A DNA stretch of 63,138 nucleotides, counting the filler, from Dugesia japonica (taxonomy: Eukaryota): the NCBI GenBank assembly GCA_001938525.1. It is 6 parts of 6 records of this genome, joined end to end, with 100 filler letters (N's around TTAATTAATTAA, not from the genome) between each part and the next. Parts side by side here need not be neighbours in the genome. Positions count along the whole stretch, not along the records: positions 1 to 8,614 come from MQRL01646175.1; positions 8,715 to 17,024 come from MQRL01619629.1; 4 more parts are not named here. One strand, 5' to 3'. The first letter of the stretch is position 1, and each line of letters starts with the position of its first letter. Of the stretch, positions 1 to 11,860 are shown piece after piece. The notes beneath the pieces were generated by a model, which saw only the letters and a program-made list of their open reading frames with translations, was not told the DNA's origin and searched no databases. The translations under genes and the position numbers were made by a program.

Positions 1-596
1 AGTATATACAACTTGAATTTTAAGTGTAAAATACAATAATTTTAGACATTTTAATAAGAAGTGAAAATTTAAGTATTTTAATAAATAGATGCTTATTATA
101 GGTACTACTTTATTAAATTTAAACTTTTACAGTTACATAAGAAAGAACCTCTACAATCTATGGTTTTACATTCAGCAAATACTAAAATAAATAAAGATCA
201 TTTTTATTTTCAATTAGGAAATTTCAATTTTAAAGCTGAATTTATAATTTTATAAATATGTTGGTTCTAAATTTTACTTTGATTGAATAAAATTTCTGTG
301 AAAAGTTAAGTAATTAAAATATTTAAATGAATAAATTAATTGATTTGAAAGGCTAATAATAAGTTTAATTGGTTAGAATTTTATTAATTCAATAAATTTT
401 ATGTTACCAGTTGATGATTAATTGGTTAATAAGGAACATTTTCAAAGTAAATTTGCTATATTATATGAATAATTAAAATATGTGAATAATTAACCGGTTA
501 TTAGTTGTAAAGTAAATATTTCATGTGAATTATAGAGTAAACTATAATGAATAAACGATGAACAGATTAATCCATGAACTGAGAAATCAATAGGTA

Positions 597-850
597 AATG
601 ATGATAACGAGTATTCTGTTTATTAAGAGCTGTCGATAACGAATATTGTGTTGATATAGCTGTAGTTAGTGAATATTCTACATGAAAAGACTTAATCGTA
701 GCGAGTATTGTATAAAATAATACTTAATGATAGTGATTATCGTATATGTTAAGACTTAATGGTAGCGAACATTATGTATTACAACTTGATGATAGTGAGA
801 GTTGTGTATGTCAAGAGCTGTTGGTAACGAGTATTGCGTATGTTTAGATA
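597..850. repeat. Degenerate tandem repeat, ~30-bp unit
   Basis: Recurring gRtaRcgaRtatt-type motifs spaced ~30 bp apart. Confidence 0.7.
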
Positions 851-1094
851 CTCTCCTCGATAATATTAACACTCAAAACCAATTTTTACTAAATAATTAT
901 ATAAAACAATCAATGGGTTATGAAACCTGCCAGTATTAGAACCATTATTTTCCATGTATCACAATCTTTGAATGATGCTAGAATGCCACGTGAGCGGTTT
1001 TCATATTGCACTTTTATTGTATTCATACTGTACATGTAATAGACTCAAACTATGTATGTAATACAACATATTATTCATTCATCTTGCATACTTC

Positions 1095-1485
1095 ATGTAA
1101 ATTTCATAAAATGTTTNAATACTTCTATACAATTTCATTAAAGAATTTGTGACTACTATGAAATTTTATAAAATAAAATGTGACTACTGTGCCAGTTTCA
1201 TAAAATAATTTGTGAATATTTTGCAATTTCATAAAAGAATTTGTGACTACTGTGAAATTTTATAAAATAATTTGTGACTTCTATGCATTTCAGATTTATT
1301 TTCCCATTCTTTTACAATTTTAGACAATATTTATCGACTACTGTGCAATTTCAGACAATATTTATCAATTACGGTGCAATTTCAGATAATATTTAACGAC
1401 TACTGTACAGTTTTAGACAACAGTTAACAACTACTGTGCAAGGTCATAAAACCTTTATCGACTACTATTTAATTACAGATAAAAT
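1095..1485. repeat. Tandem repeat, ~30-bp unit (caatttcaKaNaaNatttRtNgactactgtg)
   Basis: About a dozen recurrences of aatttca...gactact. Confidence 0.85.
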
Positions 1486-2429
1486 TTCACGGGATTTGGC
1501 GAATTTGATCATTCAAATTCTTATTCTTACTTACCATTTTTTCTAACTTAATGCAAAGAAATCTACTAAGAATGAAGCGAAACCAAGTTTGAATAAGACA
1601 AATTGAATAGATATTACTTGGTTTCCCCTGTGTTGGTTTAGGTATTAAAAAGATCAATAAATCATAATGTCATGTTTTGAATGTATCTAATTTAATGGTC
1701 TTATATTCAATGATAAAACCAATATTTCCCTTATAAAACCCATATTTTCATGATAAACTCCATATTTTGAATGATAAAATCATAACCTTATATATTGGAA
1801 CTAAACTTTTCAATGTCAAGATCAATATTTCTATATTGAACTCTTATTATTCTTTAAAAATGTAGCTGAATATAAAGTATTTAAAAAAAAGAGAATCCCG
1901 TAAAACAAAGAGCAAACAAGGTTGCCAAGTTGCAAACAAAAAAGCATAAGGATTAGAGACAAGATTTACTCTTAATTCTTAATCTTTTCTATGTCCAAAA
2001 TCATTTTCTAATGGTAAAATTTATATTTTCTATGATAACTCAATAATCTTTCATTGATAAGTTCATAATTTGTATATGATGAAACTAATATTTTCCATAT
2101 CAAAATCATATAATAATGTTTACATTATAGTCTAAAATTTGATTTTACTAAAACTGTCACTGATAAATAAGTATTTAAAAGAAAAGGAAACCCATGAAAA
2201 CCAAAAAGCAAGCAAAGAAACTAATGTGCAAGCAAGACTCAGGTGAGAAGCAAGCAAATAGTGAGGAATTTTATTCAATGGAATACATATTTTTCACATA
2301 TTATTTTCATGTTGAAACCTATATTGAACTCAAATTGTAATGGACCTAATCTTTTATCCAATAAAATAAATCAAGAGTTATTATTATTATTTGAAATATA
2401 ATAAATAAATATAAAAAATATACAAGAAA

Positions 2430-2662
2430 ATCTGGCAAAATATGGAGAAATTGAGCAAACTATGGGAAAATCAGGCAAAACCAAGTAAAATAGGGTTAAT
2501 CGGGTCAATTAGGATAAAATAGGGAAAACAGGATAAAATAGAGTAAACAGGATAAAACAGGTGTAAATAGGGGTGAAATAGGGGGAAAATAAAGGTTAAT
2601 AAGGCAAAATAGGATAAAATAGGGTAAATATGGGTAAATTGGGATAAAATAAAGGTAAAAAG
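2430..2662. repeat. Purine-rich ~10-bp tandem repeat (taggRtaaaa)
   Basis: Repeated taggataaaa/tagggtaaa/caggataaaa units. Confidence 0.8.
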
Positions 2663-2959
2663 AAAATATTTAATAATAAATCTAGTAGTAGGAGGATATG
2701 ATTGGTCTAAATTCCAGGTGTGTGATTACATAAATGATGCCATTACGAAATTATTTTTTGGGGGGCTTCAATGTGATTGGTCGCACACATGTTTCCAACG
2801 ATTTGATTGGCAAACTTTTTTATAATGGTTTTTTTGTTTAAATGAGATGAAATTATTTATTTTGTTTAAATAAAGTGGTTTAATGATTCTTTGTTTAAAT
2901 TTATCGAAATAAATGATTATTTGTTTAAATTTAATGAAATTATTAATTTTGAGTATCTT

Positions 2960-3400
2960 TATGGAAAAGTTATTGAAAAACCTATGTTTGTTTAAATTAA
3001 ACAAAACTTATTGAGTGTGATTTTTTCTAGACAATATTAACATAAAATATTCCCATTGTCAAAATTAACATTAAATTTCCCCGAAAAATATTAATATTAA
3101 CATTAAATATTCCCCTGGCAATATTAACAATTAAACTAGTCGCTCCGAGCAATATTAACATTAGTTGTTCAAGTTTCATACTAATAGATGTTTCAGTGTT
3201 CATACTATGAGATGTTGGTTGGAAACATTAGTTGTTACAAAGTACAAACTAAGAAATGTCTATGGGTACGCACTCTTAGCTGTAACTGACATAAGATGAT
3301 CCCTGAACAAAACTATTCAATGCTCTTAACATTAGATGTTCACAGTTTCATTAATATTAGCTGCTCACTAAAAGAAACGATTATTATACCGAGGAAAATA
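2960..3400. repeat. Modular repeat related to the foldback element arm at 35375-36005
   Basis: caatattaacatta subrepeats; cgctccgagcaatattaacattag resembles the reverse complement of ~35805-35835. Confidence 0.5.
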
Positions 3401-3439
3401 ATTCTTAATATTTATATGTTTAAGTAAATTATACTGACT

Positions 3440-4170
3440 TATATAAGTGTATTAATACAAAGTAACCCTGTATTATAGGGTTAATGACTACATTGTTTGC
3501 ATAGTTACCTGGTATCATTTTTTTAGCAACCATCAATATACGTTTTATGAGTACAATTTTTGCATAGTTACCTTGCATTATTTACATAGCAACCATGTAT
3601 TATAAGGTTCATGAACGTTTTAATAAATAGTAGCCCTGTATTATAAGGTTTATGAGTATATTAATATCATTGTTAACTTGCATTATTTACATAACCACCA
3701 TGTATTATAAGGATTATGAGTGGATTAAGTGTATTAACCCTGTAATATAATGTTTACGAGTATATTATTTGCTTAGGTGTCATGTAATATTTACATAACA
3801 ATCGTTTAATATATGGTTTTTGTGTGTACTATTTACATAGTAACCGTGTATAAAAGGGTTTATGAGTCTATTATTTACATAGTTACCTTGTACTATTTAC
3901 ATAGCAACCATGCATTATAAGGTTTATGAATATATTATTTACATAACAACCATGTCTTATATAGTTTATGATTACATTATTTACATTGTAACCCTGCATT
4001 ATACCGTTTATGAATGTTTTATTTACATAGCAACCGTGTAATATATGGTTTATGATGTTATTATTTGCATAAGTACCTTGTATTATGGAATTTATTTACA
4101 TAATTCAGATAATAAATCATAGTTACCTTGTAATAGTTACATAGTAACATTGTATTATTTGCATAGTTAC
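3440..4170 (+). repeat. Tandem array of ~20-bp modules (tattatttacatagYWaccNtg / tattataaggtttatgagta); left arm of a large inverted pair
   Basis: Modules visible directly; reverse complement of 6720-7755. Confidence 0.9.
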
Positions 4171-4900
4171 CTTGAGCTTGAGAAAAATTTCAACAAACTG
4201 ATGAACAACAGTTTGTATGGGAAATCGATGGAAAGTTTAAAGAAAAGGATGGACTTGTAATTATGTTATACTAGTAAAAACTAGTAACATTTGCATAAAA
4301 ATTCTGCTTTCGGAAATCATTCAAAATTGACGAAAACCTGATTGCAGCATTAATGAATAAAGAGTCAGTTTGTTTAGATCATCCAAGCTACATCGGTCAA
4401 TCTGTCCTTGACTTTAGCAAATAACGAATGTATTAGCTACCTTACATAGAGAGAGAAGTACAGTAAAGTACATACAGTAAAGTACATACATCTTCTTTAC
4501 ATGCAGTAAAGAAGAAAAATTACTAATTATATTTTAACTTGTGATACTGACAGTAATTTCTTTCTAGATTTGGTGGATATAGGTATAGGAAAACTGACTC
4601 GATTGATGAAGAAAGATGGAATATTAAATACTTCAAAGCATAGTAGAACATTGAATTCTATCATTGGTAAGTATAAAAATAAGAATAAAAGAAAGAAGTT
4701 TTAGAAAGGATATTCTTATGTTCAAAATTTACAGCTTGCTTTCTAATAAAGAAACAATGAAAGCAAAAGACTTAGCATTGACACTAGCTGCTTATTAAAC
4801 ATATATTGACTGCTATAATAATGATGAAAAGGTCTCAGTCGAGCAATTTTGAATTGTTTCTAAGGAATATGAACTATTTATGCCCAATAATATGATAGAT
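4171..4900 (+). pseudogene. Maverick/Polinton-type family B DNA polymerase, C-terminal fragment
   Basis: Translates LEKNFNKLMNNSLYGKSMESLKKRMDL (KxxxNSxYG motif B), PSYIGQSVLDFSK, and CDTDS (YxDTDS motif C), with stops and frameshifts. Confidence 0.88.
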
Positions 4901-5026
4901 TTCATCATATCTTAATTTCTTCATCTTATTTTTCTTTAATTCATCCATAATGTTTAGATTGTCTATATTTGTTTTAACGGATCAATTAAATTACCTCCAT
5001 CAAAACCTCAATGTTCCTCATTAAGT

Positions 5027-5256
5027 ATGAAAACCAATATTAATTACCGAGGTGAAGTTATGGAATAAGTAACACAGAAAATGAGCTTTCCTACAAGCAA
5101 ACCATGTCAATTTGAAGTCAAAAGTGATAAACTTACAATTATTTCCTTCAGATCAAGAAAATGTAGAATAATGAGTTGTAAAAAACCATTGGAACCACAT
5201 GATTTGAACCCTATGATATAAAAAATTTACAATTACAGTCACTAACAATTGTCGTA
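5027..5256 (+). pseudogene. TBP-like gene remnant, copy 1
   Basis: Same reading as copy 2 but with an early in-frame TAA; runs into an N gap. Confidence 0.45.
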
Positions 5257-5306
5257 NNNNNNNNNNNNNNNNNNNNNNNNNNNNNNNNNNNNNNNNNNNN
5301 NNNNNN

Positions 5307-5958
5307 TTTCTTTCTAGATTTGGTGGATATAGTTATAGGAAAACTGACTCGATTGATGAAGAAAGATGGAATATTAAATACTTCAAAGCATAGTAGAAAA
5401 TTGAATTCTATCATTGGTAAGTATAAAAATAAGAATAAAAGAAAGAAGTTTTAGAAAGAATATTCTTATGTTCAAAATTTACAGCTTGCTTTCTAATAAA
5501 GAAACAATGAAAGCAAAAGACTTAGCATTGAAACTAGCTGCTTATTAAACATATATTGACTGCTAAGGATTATGAACTATTTAAGCCCAATAATATGATA
5601 GATTTCACCATTTCTTAATTTCTTCATCTTATTTTTCTTTAATTCATCCATAATGTTTAGATTCTCTATATTTGTTTTAACGGATCCATTAAATTACCTC
5701 CATCAAAACCTCAATGTTCCTCATTAAGTATGATAACCAATATTAATTACCGAGGTGAAGTGATGGAAGAAGTAACACAGAAAATGAGCTTTCCTACAAG
5801 CAAACCATGTCAATTTGAAGTCAAAAGTGATAAACTTACAATTATTTCCTTCAGATCANGAAAATGTAGAATAATGAGTTGTAANAAACCATTGGAACCA
5901 CATGATTTGAACCCTATGATATAAAAAATTTACAATTACAGTCACTAACAATTGTCGT
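5307..5958 (+). repeat. Near-identical second copy of ~4557-5256 (PolB tail plus TBP-like ORF)
   Basis: Direct duplication across an N gap with SNPs and a ~45-bp indel. Confidence 0.9.
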
Positions 5959-6030
5959 AAATATGAGAGTGTAAAGTTTAATCTGTTGATTGTCATGGAA
6001 AAACATCAGAATGATCTTCTCAATTGTGAC
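5730..6030 (+). pseudogene. TBP (TATA-binding protein)-like gene remnant, copy 2
   Basis: ITNINYRG...LTIISFRSxKCRIMSCK...NLQLQSLTIVV...KFNL aligns by eye to TBP LQNIVST...TALIFSSGKMVCTGAK...FKIQNMVGS...PIRL. Confidence 0.5.
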
Positions 6031-6719
6031 AGTTATTTTTGTTTCCTGTGATTGATGTTTAAAAATAAATGTATTATTATTCAGTCTTTGTTTTATTTAT
6101 TACGGTTTTAATTTAATTTTTTTATAATAAAATTAAAAAGACTTTGTTTTCATAAAGATTTACTTCAATATAAAAATAACATAATGCTAAGTAAACATTA
6201 AGTAAACAAATTNATATGATTTTGACTTTCCATATAACTCCTACCGAATTAATGTATTTCTTGAAGCCTTTAATCTCCACTTNAATCATATATTGACTAT
6301 TGCCTTCATATTGGTTTTCATCTCTTTTTTTAAAACCTATATAAATAGCATCATGGATTTCAATTTGTCTGCTTAATCTTGCAAAGAGAGCTTCCAGTAT
6401 ATTTCTGGAACTGGGATTTGATTTCCAACACAATCTAAACAAGCCACATTATGATAACTTAAAAAGAAATTATTCTTAAAAGGGCTGATTACTATGATAT
6501 TTAAATGTTATTTTAATAAATATTTACAGGATAATTGTTTACTTTTATTTACTTCTTTATAATTAGATAATGTAATAGGAATGCAACATACATTCACTGA
6601 AAATAAAATACCTGATAATTTTAGTTTAATTTAAAACAATATGGTTGCAACACAACAACAAGTACCTAAGAATTTTAATTAAAACAATAAATATGCAAAA
6701 AACATGTTTACTTTATATT

Positions 6720-7755
6720 TAATACAAGGTTACTATGTAATAATGCACTCATAAACCTTATAATACTTGGTTGCTTTGTAAATAATACAAAGTAACTTTG
6801 CAAATAATATACTAATAAACCCTATAATACAGAGCTACTATGTATTAATACACTCATAATCCTTATAATACATCGTTTCTACGTAAATAATACAAAGTTG
6901 CTATGCAAATAATGTACTCATAAACCTTATATTTTATGGTTGCTATTTAAATAAAGCAAGGTAACTATGCAAATATTATACTCATAATCTTATTATACAG
7001 GGTTACTATATATTAATACACTCAGAATCCTTATAATACATGGTAACTATATAAATAACAGACTCATAAACCCTATTATACACGGCTACTATGTAAATAA
7101 TACACACAAAAATCATATATTTAACGGTTGTTATGTAAATACTACATGATACCAAAGCAAATAATATACTCGTAAACATTATATTACAGGCTTACTATGT
7201 ATTAATACACTCATAAATCTTATAATAAATGGTTGCTATGTAAATAATACAAGGTAACTATGGAAATAACAGAATCATAAACCCTATAATACACGGTTAC
7301 TATGTAATAACACACACAAAAATCATATATTAAATGGTTGTTATGTAAATATTACATGGTACCAAAGCAAATAATATACTCGTAAACATTATTTTACAGG
7401 GTTACTGTCTATTAATACACTCGTATTCCTTATAATACATGGTTGCTATGTAGATAATGCAAGGTAACTATGCAAATGATATACTCATAAACTCATAATA
7501 CATGGTTGCTATGTAAATAATACAAGTTAACTATGTAAATAACAGACTCATAAACCGTATAATTCACGGTTACAATGTAAATAACAGATTCATAAACCCT
7601 ATAATACAGGGTTACTATGTAAAAAATACACACAAAAATCATATATTAATTGGCTGTTATGTAAATATTACACTCATAATCCTCAAAATACACGGTTGCT
7701 ATGTAAATAATACAAGGTAACTATGCAAAAAATATATTCATTGACCCTATATAAC
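6720..7755 (-). repeat. Tandem array, right arm, inverted relative to 3440-4170
   Basis: tactcataaaccttataatacatggttgctatgtaaataatacaaggtaactatg modules are reverse complements of the left-arm modules. Confidence 0.9.
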
Positions 7756-8089
7756 CATAAAATTATTTTCTTATAAGTTTTTATATATGGAAAGACGCCA
7801 TGAATTTATGATTTTTATGAAAATAGTTCTATGTTTTTTATCATTTTGTTCAAAAAAATGTTCTCAGCTAATGATATTTTTTATTAAAAACTGCATCACT
7901 AATGACATTTTTAAAGGAAAATTGTCACTAGTAATGTGTTTTTTAAAAAAACATTACTTGTCTAATATGTTTTTTAAAGAAAATTAACTAGCTAATATGG
8001 TTTTAAGAAAAATAATTTCTATTTTTATCATCTGGTAAAGAAAAGAATTTATTATATAAACATCGCAGACTCCCTTCTTTAGTTATTTT

Positions 8090-8480
8090 TAATGCACTGA
8101 AAATCTTGTGCCTGAAATTTTTATTAATAAATACAATAGGTATGCAACTCAGATGCCGTTAGAATGCAACACACTATCACTGAAAATCACGTGCCTGGGA
8201 ATTTTCAGTAATAAATGCAATAGGTATGCAACTCAGATGTCACAAGAATGCAACACACATACGCCTAAGAATATTTAAAACTCAACATAGTCGCCATTTT
8301 GATTTTTTAAAACTGAAAATAGCCATTTGTAATTTTTATTGATTTTATCAATAAATGCAATAGGTATGCTACTCATATGCAACACACATACATTAAAAAT
8401 CACATGCCTGGGAATTTTTATTGATTTCTTTAATAAATGTAACTCATATGCAACACACATACACTGAAAATCACGTGACT
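8090..8480. repeat. Tandem repeat, ~75-bp unit
   Basis: cactgaaaatcacgtgcctg...aataggtatgcaactc...gcaacacaca recurs about 4 times. Confidence 0.8.
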
Positions 8481-8489
8481 CTTAATTTT

Positions 8490-8614
8490 AGACTGCTCCA
8501 TCATTTGCAAAATATCAAGTCTGCCCCATACCATTCTAAGTATAGAGACTACCTCATGCAAAATATCAAGACTGCACCATACCATGCAAAGTATCAAGAC
8601 TGTCCCATACCATG
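8490..8614. repeat. Tandem repeat, ~28-bp unit (catgcaaaRtatcaagactgcNccatac)
   Basis: About four visible copies running into the gap. Confidence 0.8.
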
Positions 8615-8714
8615 NNNNNNNNNNNNNNNNNNNNNNNNNNNNNNNNNNNNNNNNNNNNTTAATTAATTAANNNNNNNNNNNNNNNNNNNNNNNNNNNNNN
8701 NNNNNNNNNNNNNN
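8615..8714. other. Artificial contig spacer (N44-TTAATTAATTAA-N44); same spacer cores at 17069-17080, 26309-26320, 42601-42612 and 52324-52335
   Basis: The identical 12-mer, with stops in all six frames, sits centred in N runs five times. Confidence 0.97.
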
Positions 8715-9244
8715 TGATTTTCTATAATTCTAGATTAATAAATATGTGAATTTACTGTGAATTGGTTTCATATATAATTTGTTAGTTAATATATCATCAG
8801 GATTATTTTGTATGAAAGTAACCAGAGAAGTAATTCAAAAGTTAATTATGACTAGGCATATTTAACAGTAGCATTTATAAATTTAAAAAGTAGCATGAAT
8901 AATACAAAAGAAGCATTTGTGGAAAAAAAGTAGCATTTAAAAAAAAGATAAACAAAACTTTTATTTATGAATCGTAATTTATGATTTATTTTCATCCTAA
9001 ACACTCAATATATAATTTATATCTATAATCTTTTCATTTTAATATATTGACACTCTTCATAGGATTTTCAAAAATGCTACTAAAGTAGCCTTTATAATAA
9101 ACAAGAAGCAAAAAATCGCCATAATATTGACAATAATGTTTAAATATGTGTGTAGGCAATGTCAAGAATGTTTACCAGATAAGAAATGGGAATGAAGAAA
9201 ATATAAAAAGTATTTCGTTTTAAAAATATAAATAATCAAATAAC

Positions 9245-9603
9245 CTGATCATAATTATCAATAAAATGATTGCTCTTGGAATATCGTATAGATAAAATGA
9301 TGTAAATGTTGAATATTGGTGAGGAAATGAGTGGCATTTGACATGATTCGAAAATGTCTTTATTGAATGTATCACAGTATTATAGATTAAAAGTACAAGC
9401 AATACGGTCCCAATTATGGTAAGCGCCAACCAAGCATACAAACAACTTATGATATCAGTTCGATTAGTGGTTGACGTCCAAAATTTAAATGAAAGAAATG
9501 AAGACACAGTATCCCACAAATAAAGTCCAACTGTTATCCAACTGATTATAAATGAAACAATATGCCAAACTCGTTTTATTTTCTTTTTTGTTTCAAGAGA
9601 AAC
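9245..9603 (-). CDS. Possible exon of a multi-pass membrane protein
   Basis: Open frame VSLETKKKIKRVWHIVSFIISWITVGLYLWDTVSS...AWLALTIIGTVLLVLLIY...RAIILLIIMI, bounded by ttttatttaag| and |gttatt; three hydrophobic segments. Confidence 0.35.
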
Positions 9604-9750
9604 CTTAAATAAAATGATTATATTAAAATATATGTTGTATCAAAATTTGCTTGTTGCAATGTCTATCTTGCCAAATTTTGTTAATGGTAAAGACAAACAT
9701 TCATTTATGGAGTAATACACAAACCTCGAAGAGTAAGGAGAAATCATTTT

Positions 9751-10560
9751 ATACAAGTGTCTTAGGATCAACCAATCAAATTTGGGGCATGTGCGGATGA
9801 TCTTGAAAGTGCCTCAGTATCTACCAATTAGATTACGAGAGAAGTTCTTTGTTCTCATGTAGCCTGCATGAATATTTATACTTAATTAAGACAAAAAGAC
9901 AAGTCATCCGAAACAACCCATAATCTATTTATCTTATATCCATATTTTTTAGATCTTTTGCATACAATATCCGTCCATAATCTACTTTTAGTGGTTTCTT
10001 GCTTGGAAAACCTTTACATATATATCAATTCATGTAACAGGCCTATCATTCTACTTGCGCATTCTCGGGACAATTCCTTTTTGCATGACCATAACTCTGG
10101 CATGTTTCAAACCGTATAATTCAAAAAGTAAAATTCCACTTAAAAGTTGAAGTTTAAAAATTAAATTTAAAGTTAAAAAATTTAAAACTTAAAATTTAAA
10201 TTTGAAAGATATATTAAAAATTTAAGAACCAAAATCTTTATTTAAAAATTAAAAACAAATTAAAAAGTCAATAATTAAAACAAAATAACAAATAGCATTA
10301 CTCACAAAGTTGAAGGTTGTTTATTAAAATATACGTGATTATAAAAATTATGTAGGATATCAGTTGCTATGAATGAATCATCATTTTAAAAAACAACGAC
10401 TATGAGTTATCATTTCTCTAAACCAGACGTAAATATTCATGCACACATTCACGAGAACAAAGCATTTTTCGCGTAATCTAATTGGTGGATACTAAGCCAT
10501 TTTTAAGGTCATACACACACGTTTGTAATTTGATTGGTTGATACTGATACACTTATGTAT
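9751..10560. repeat. ~130-bp imperfect inverted repeats (9751-9878 / 10430-10560) around a zinc-knuckle-like fragment
   Basis: Arms share taaatattcatgca...gagaacaaag...cgtaatctaattggtRgatact...aatttgattggttgat; inner - strand reads FETCQSYGHAKRNCP. Confidence 0.75.
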
Positions 10561-11039
10561 AGAAAAATTATTCTTAAATAACTATGGAGTTTAACGTTAT
10601 GCACTACTATCTATTAAGTTTTATAAAAATAAATGGCGGTTTTTTGAAATTTTTATTTTTGATGATGACTTTTTTAATAAAACTTTGATATTTTATTATT
10701 CTAACGTATATTATATTGATAATAATATAATAGAAAGTTTTAATTAACAACAAAACATAACACTAAAGCCCTAGGGGGCCTTACACTGACTCATTTGATA
10801 CAGTTGTTATCTGTAGATTGGAACGCAACTAAGTATCTAGAAATTTAATACTTTTTATATTCTCTTCTATTTCTTCTTTTCTAGATTCCCAATATTTCTC
10901 ATCTTCTTTATATAAGTTATAAAAATTTTCCATATTTTCTGAGAGTTTTTTTGCTTAAAATCCACAATCATTTGAAATTTTATTTATTTTGGTACTCTTA
11001 AATTCTATTTATTGTTTCTATTTATTTTCTATTTTACAT

Positions 11040-11600
11040 ATACCAAGACCCTCAGCTTCAAATGGTAAAAATTTTCAGCAAGCATTACCATGTTGGACCT
11101 AGTGATATTTATGTTTCTCTCAAAATATCATATTTTTTTCTTGTGGTCTGCACTTTCAAAGCTTAAATTTGAATCAAATGGAATGTTTACATTAACAATA
11201 ATATAGTTCATCTTAAATGGATCTATAATTTGAATGTCCGGATACAGATGATGATCACAACAAAACCAGGATGCCTTCTCTTATTATTTTTTCTTTCTTC
11301 ATTAAATCCCCATATATAATATATCAAATATCTTGTCATATCTTGTGATAACCAATTTCATAATTTTAAGACAGTAGCATATAGTATGTGACGCTGTTTC
11401 TTTTAGTCTCTCTCAGGCACATCATTTCTTATCCATAATAAAACATTTCACTCTTGTAGACAAATAATTTGCTTTCAACTTGTGTAAAAGTTACCATTAT
11501 TCTCCCATTAATCCTTCTCCTCTCAAAATCTTATTTCATTTGGTGTTGATTGCGTTGTTCTCGGCTAGTAGTCATAGAATAATTTAGCCTTTCCATTTGG
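11040..11600 (-). mobile_element. R2/NeSL-like non-LTR retrotransposon 3' relic (restriction-like endonuclease)
   Basis: LHKLKANYLSTR...DKK...ETASHIL (decayed CCHC region), then LYPDIQIIDP...IIVNVNIPFD...FESADHKKK.YD and LPFEAEGLG (PD..D/E-K layout). Confidence 0.72.
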
Positions 11601-11860
11601 GATAGAAGACAAGAGACCGTAAACGCAATAACAAACGAGGAAAAGAACTCAGAGTGAAATAAAGGAAAGAGAGTGTTCTGGACTAGAATAACTAATTATT
11701 ATTATAATTATTATTATTATTGCATTATTATTATGAGTATAATTATTATGAAATTATTATATGAATTCAGAAAAATTAAAATTGGTAGTAGAGAACCCCT
11801 AATTTGAAGGAAGAAAATGATTTTTCGTTTGATAAATGAGAAGAAAATGATGAGATAGAT

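Noticed and set aside
2430-2662. Telomeric repeat or G-quadruplex array
   Set aside because: Irregular ~10-bp unit, no TTAGGG run, mostly GG doublets
3440-7755. CRISPR-like array
   Set aside because: Degenerate contiguous modules with no unique spacers, no cas genes, eukaryotic context
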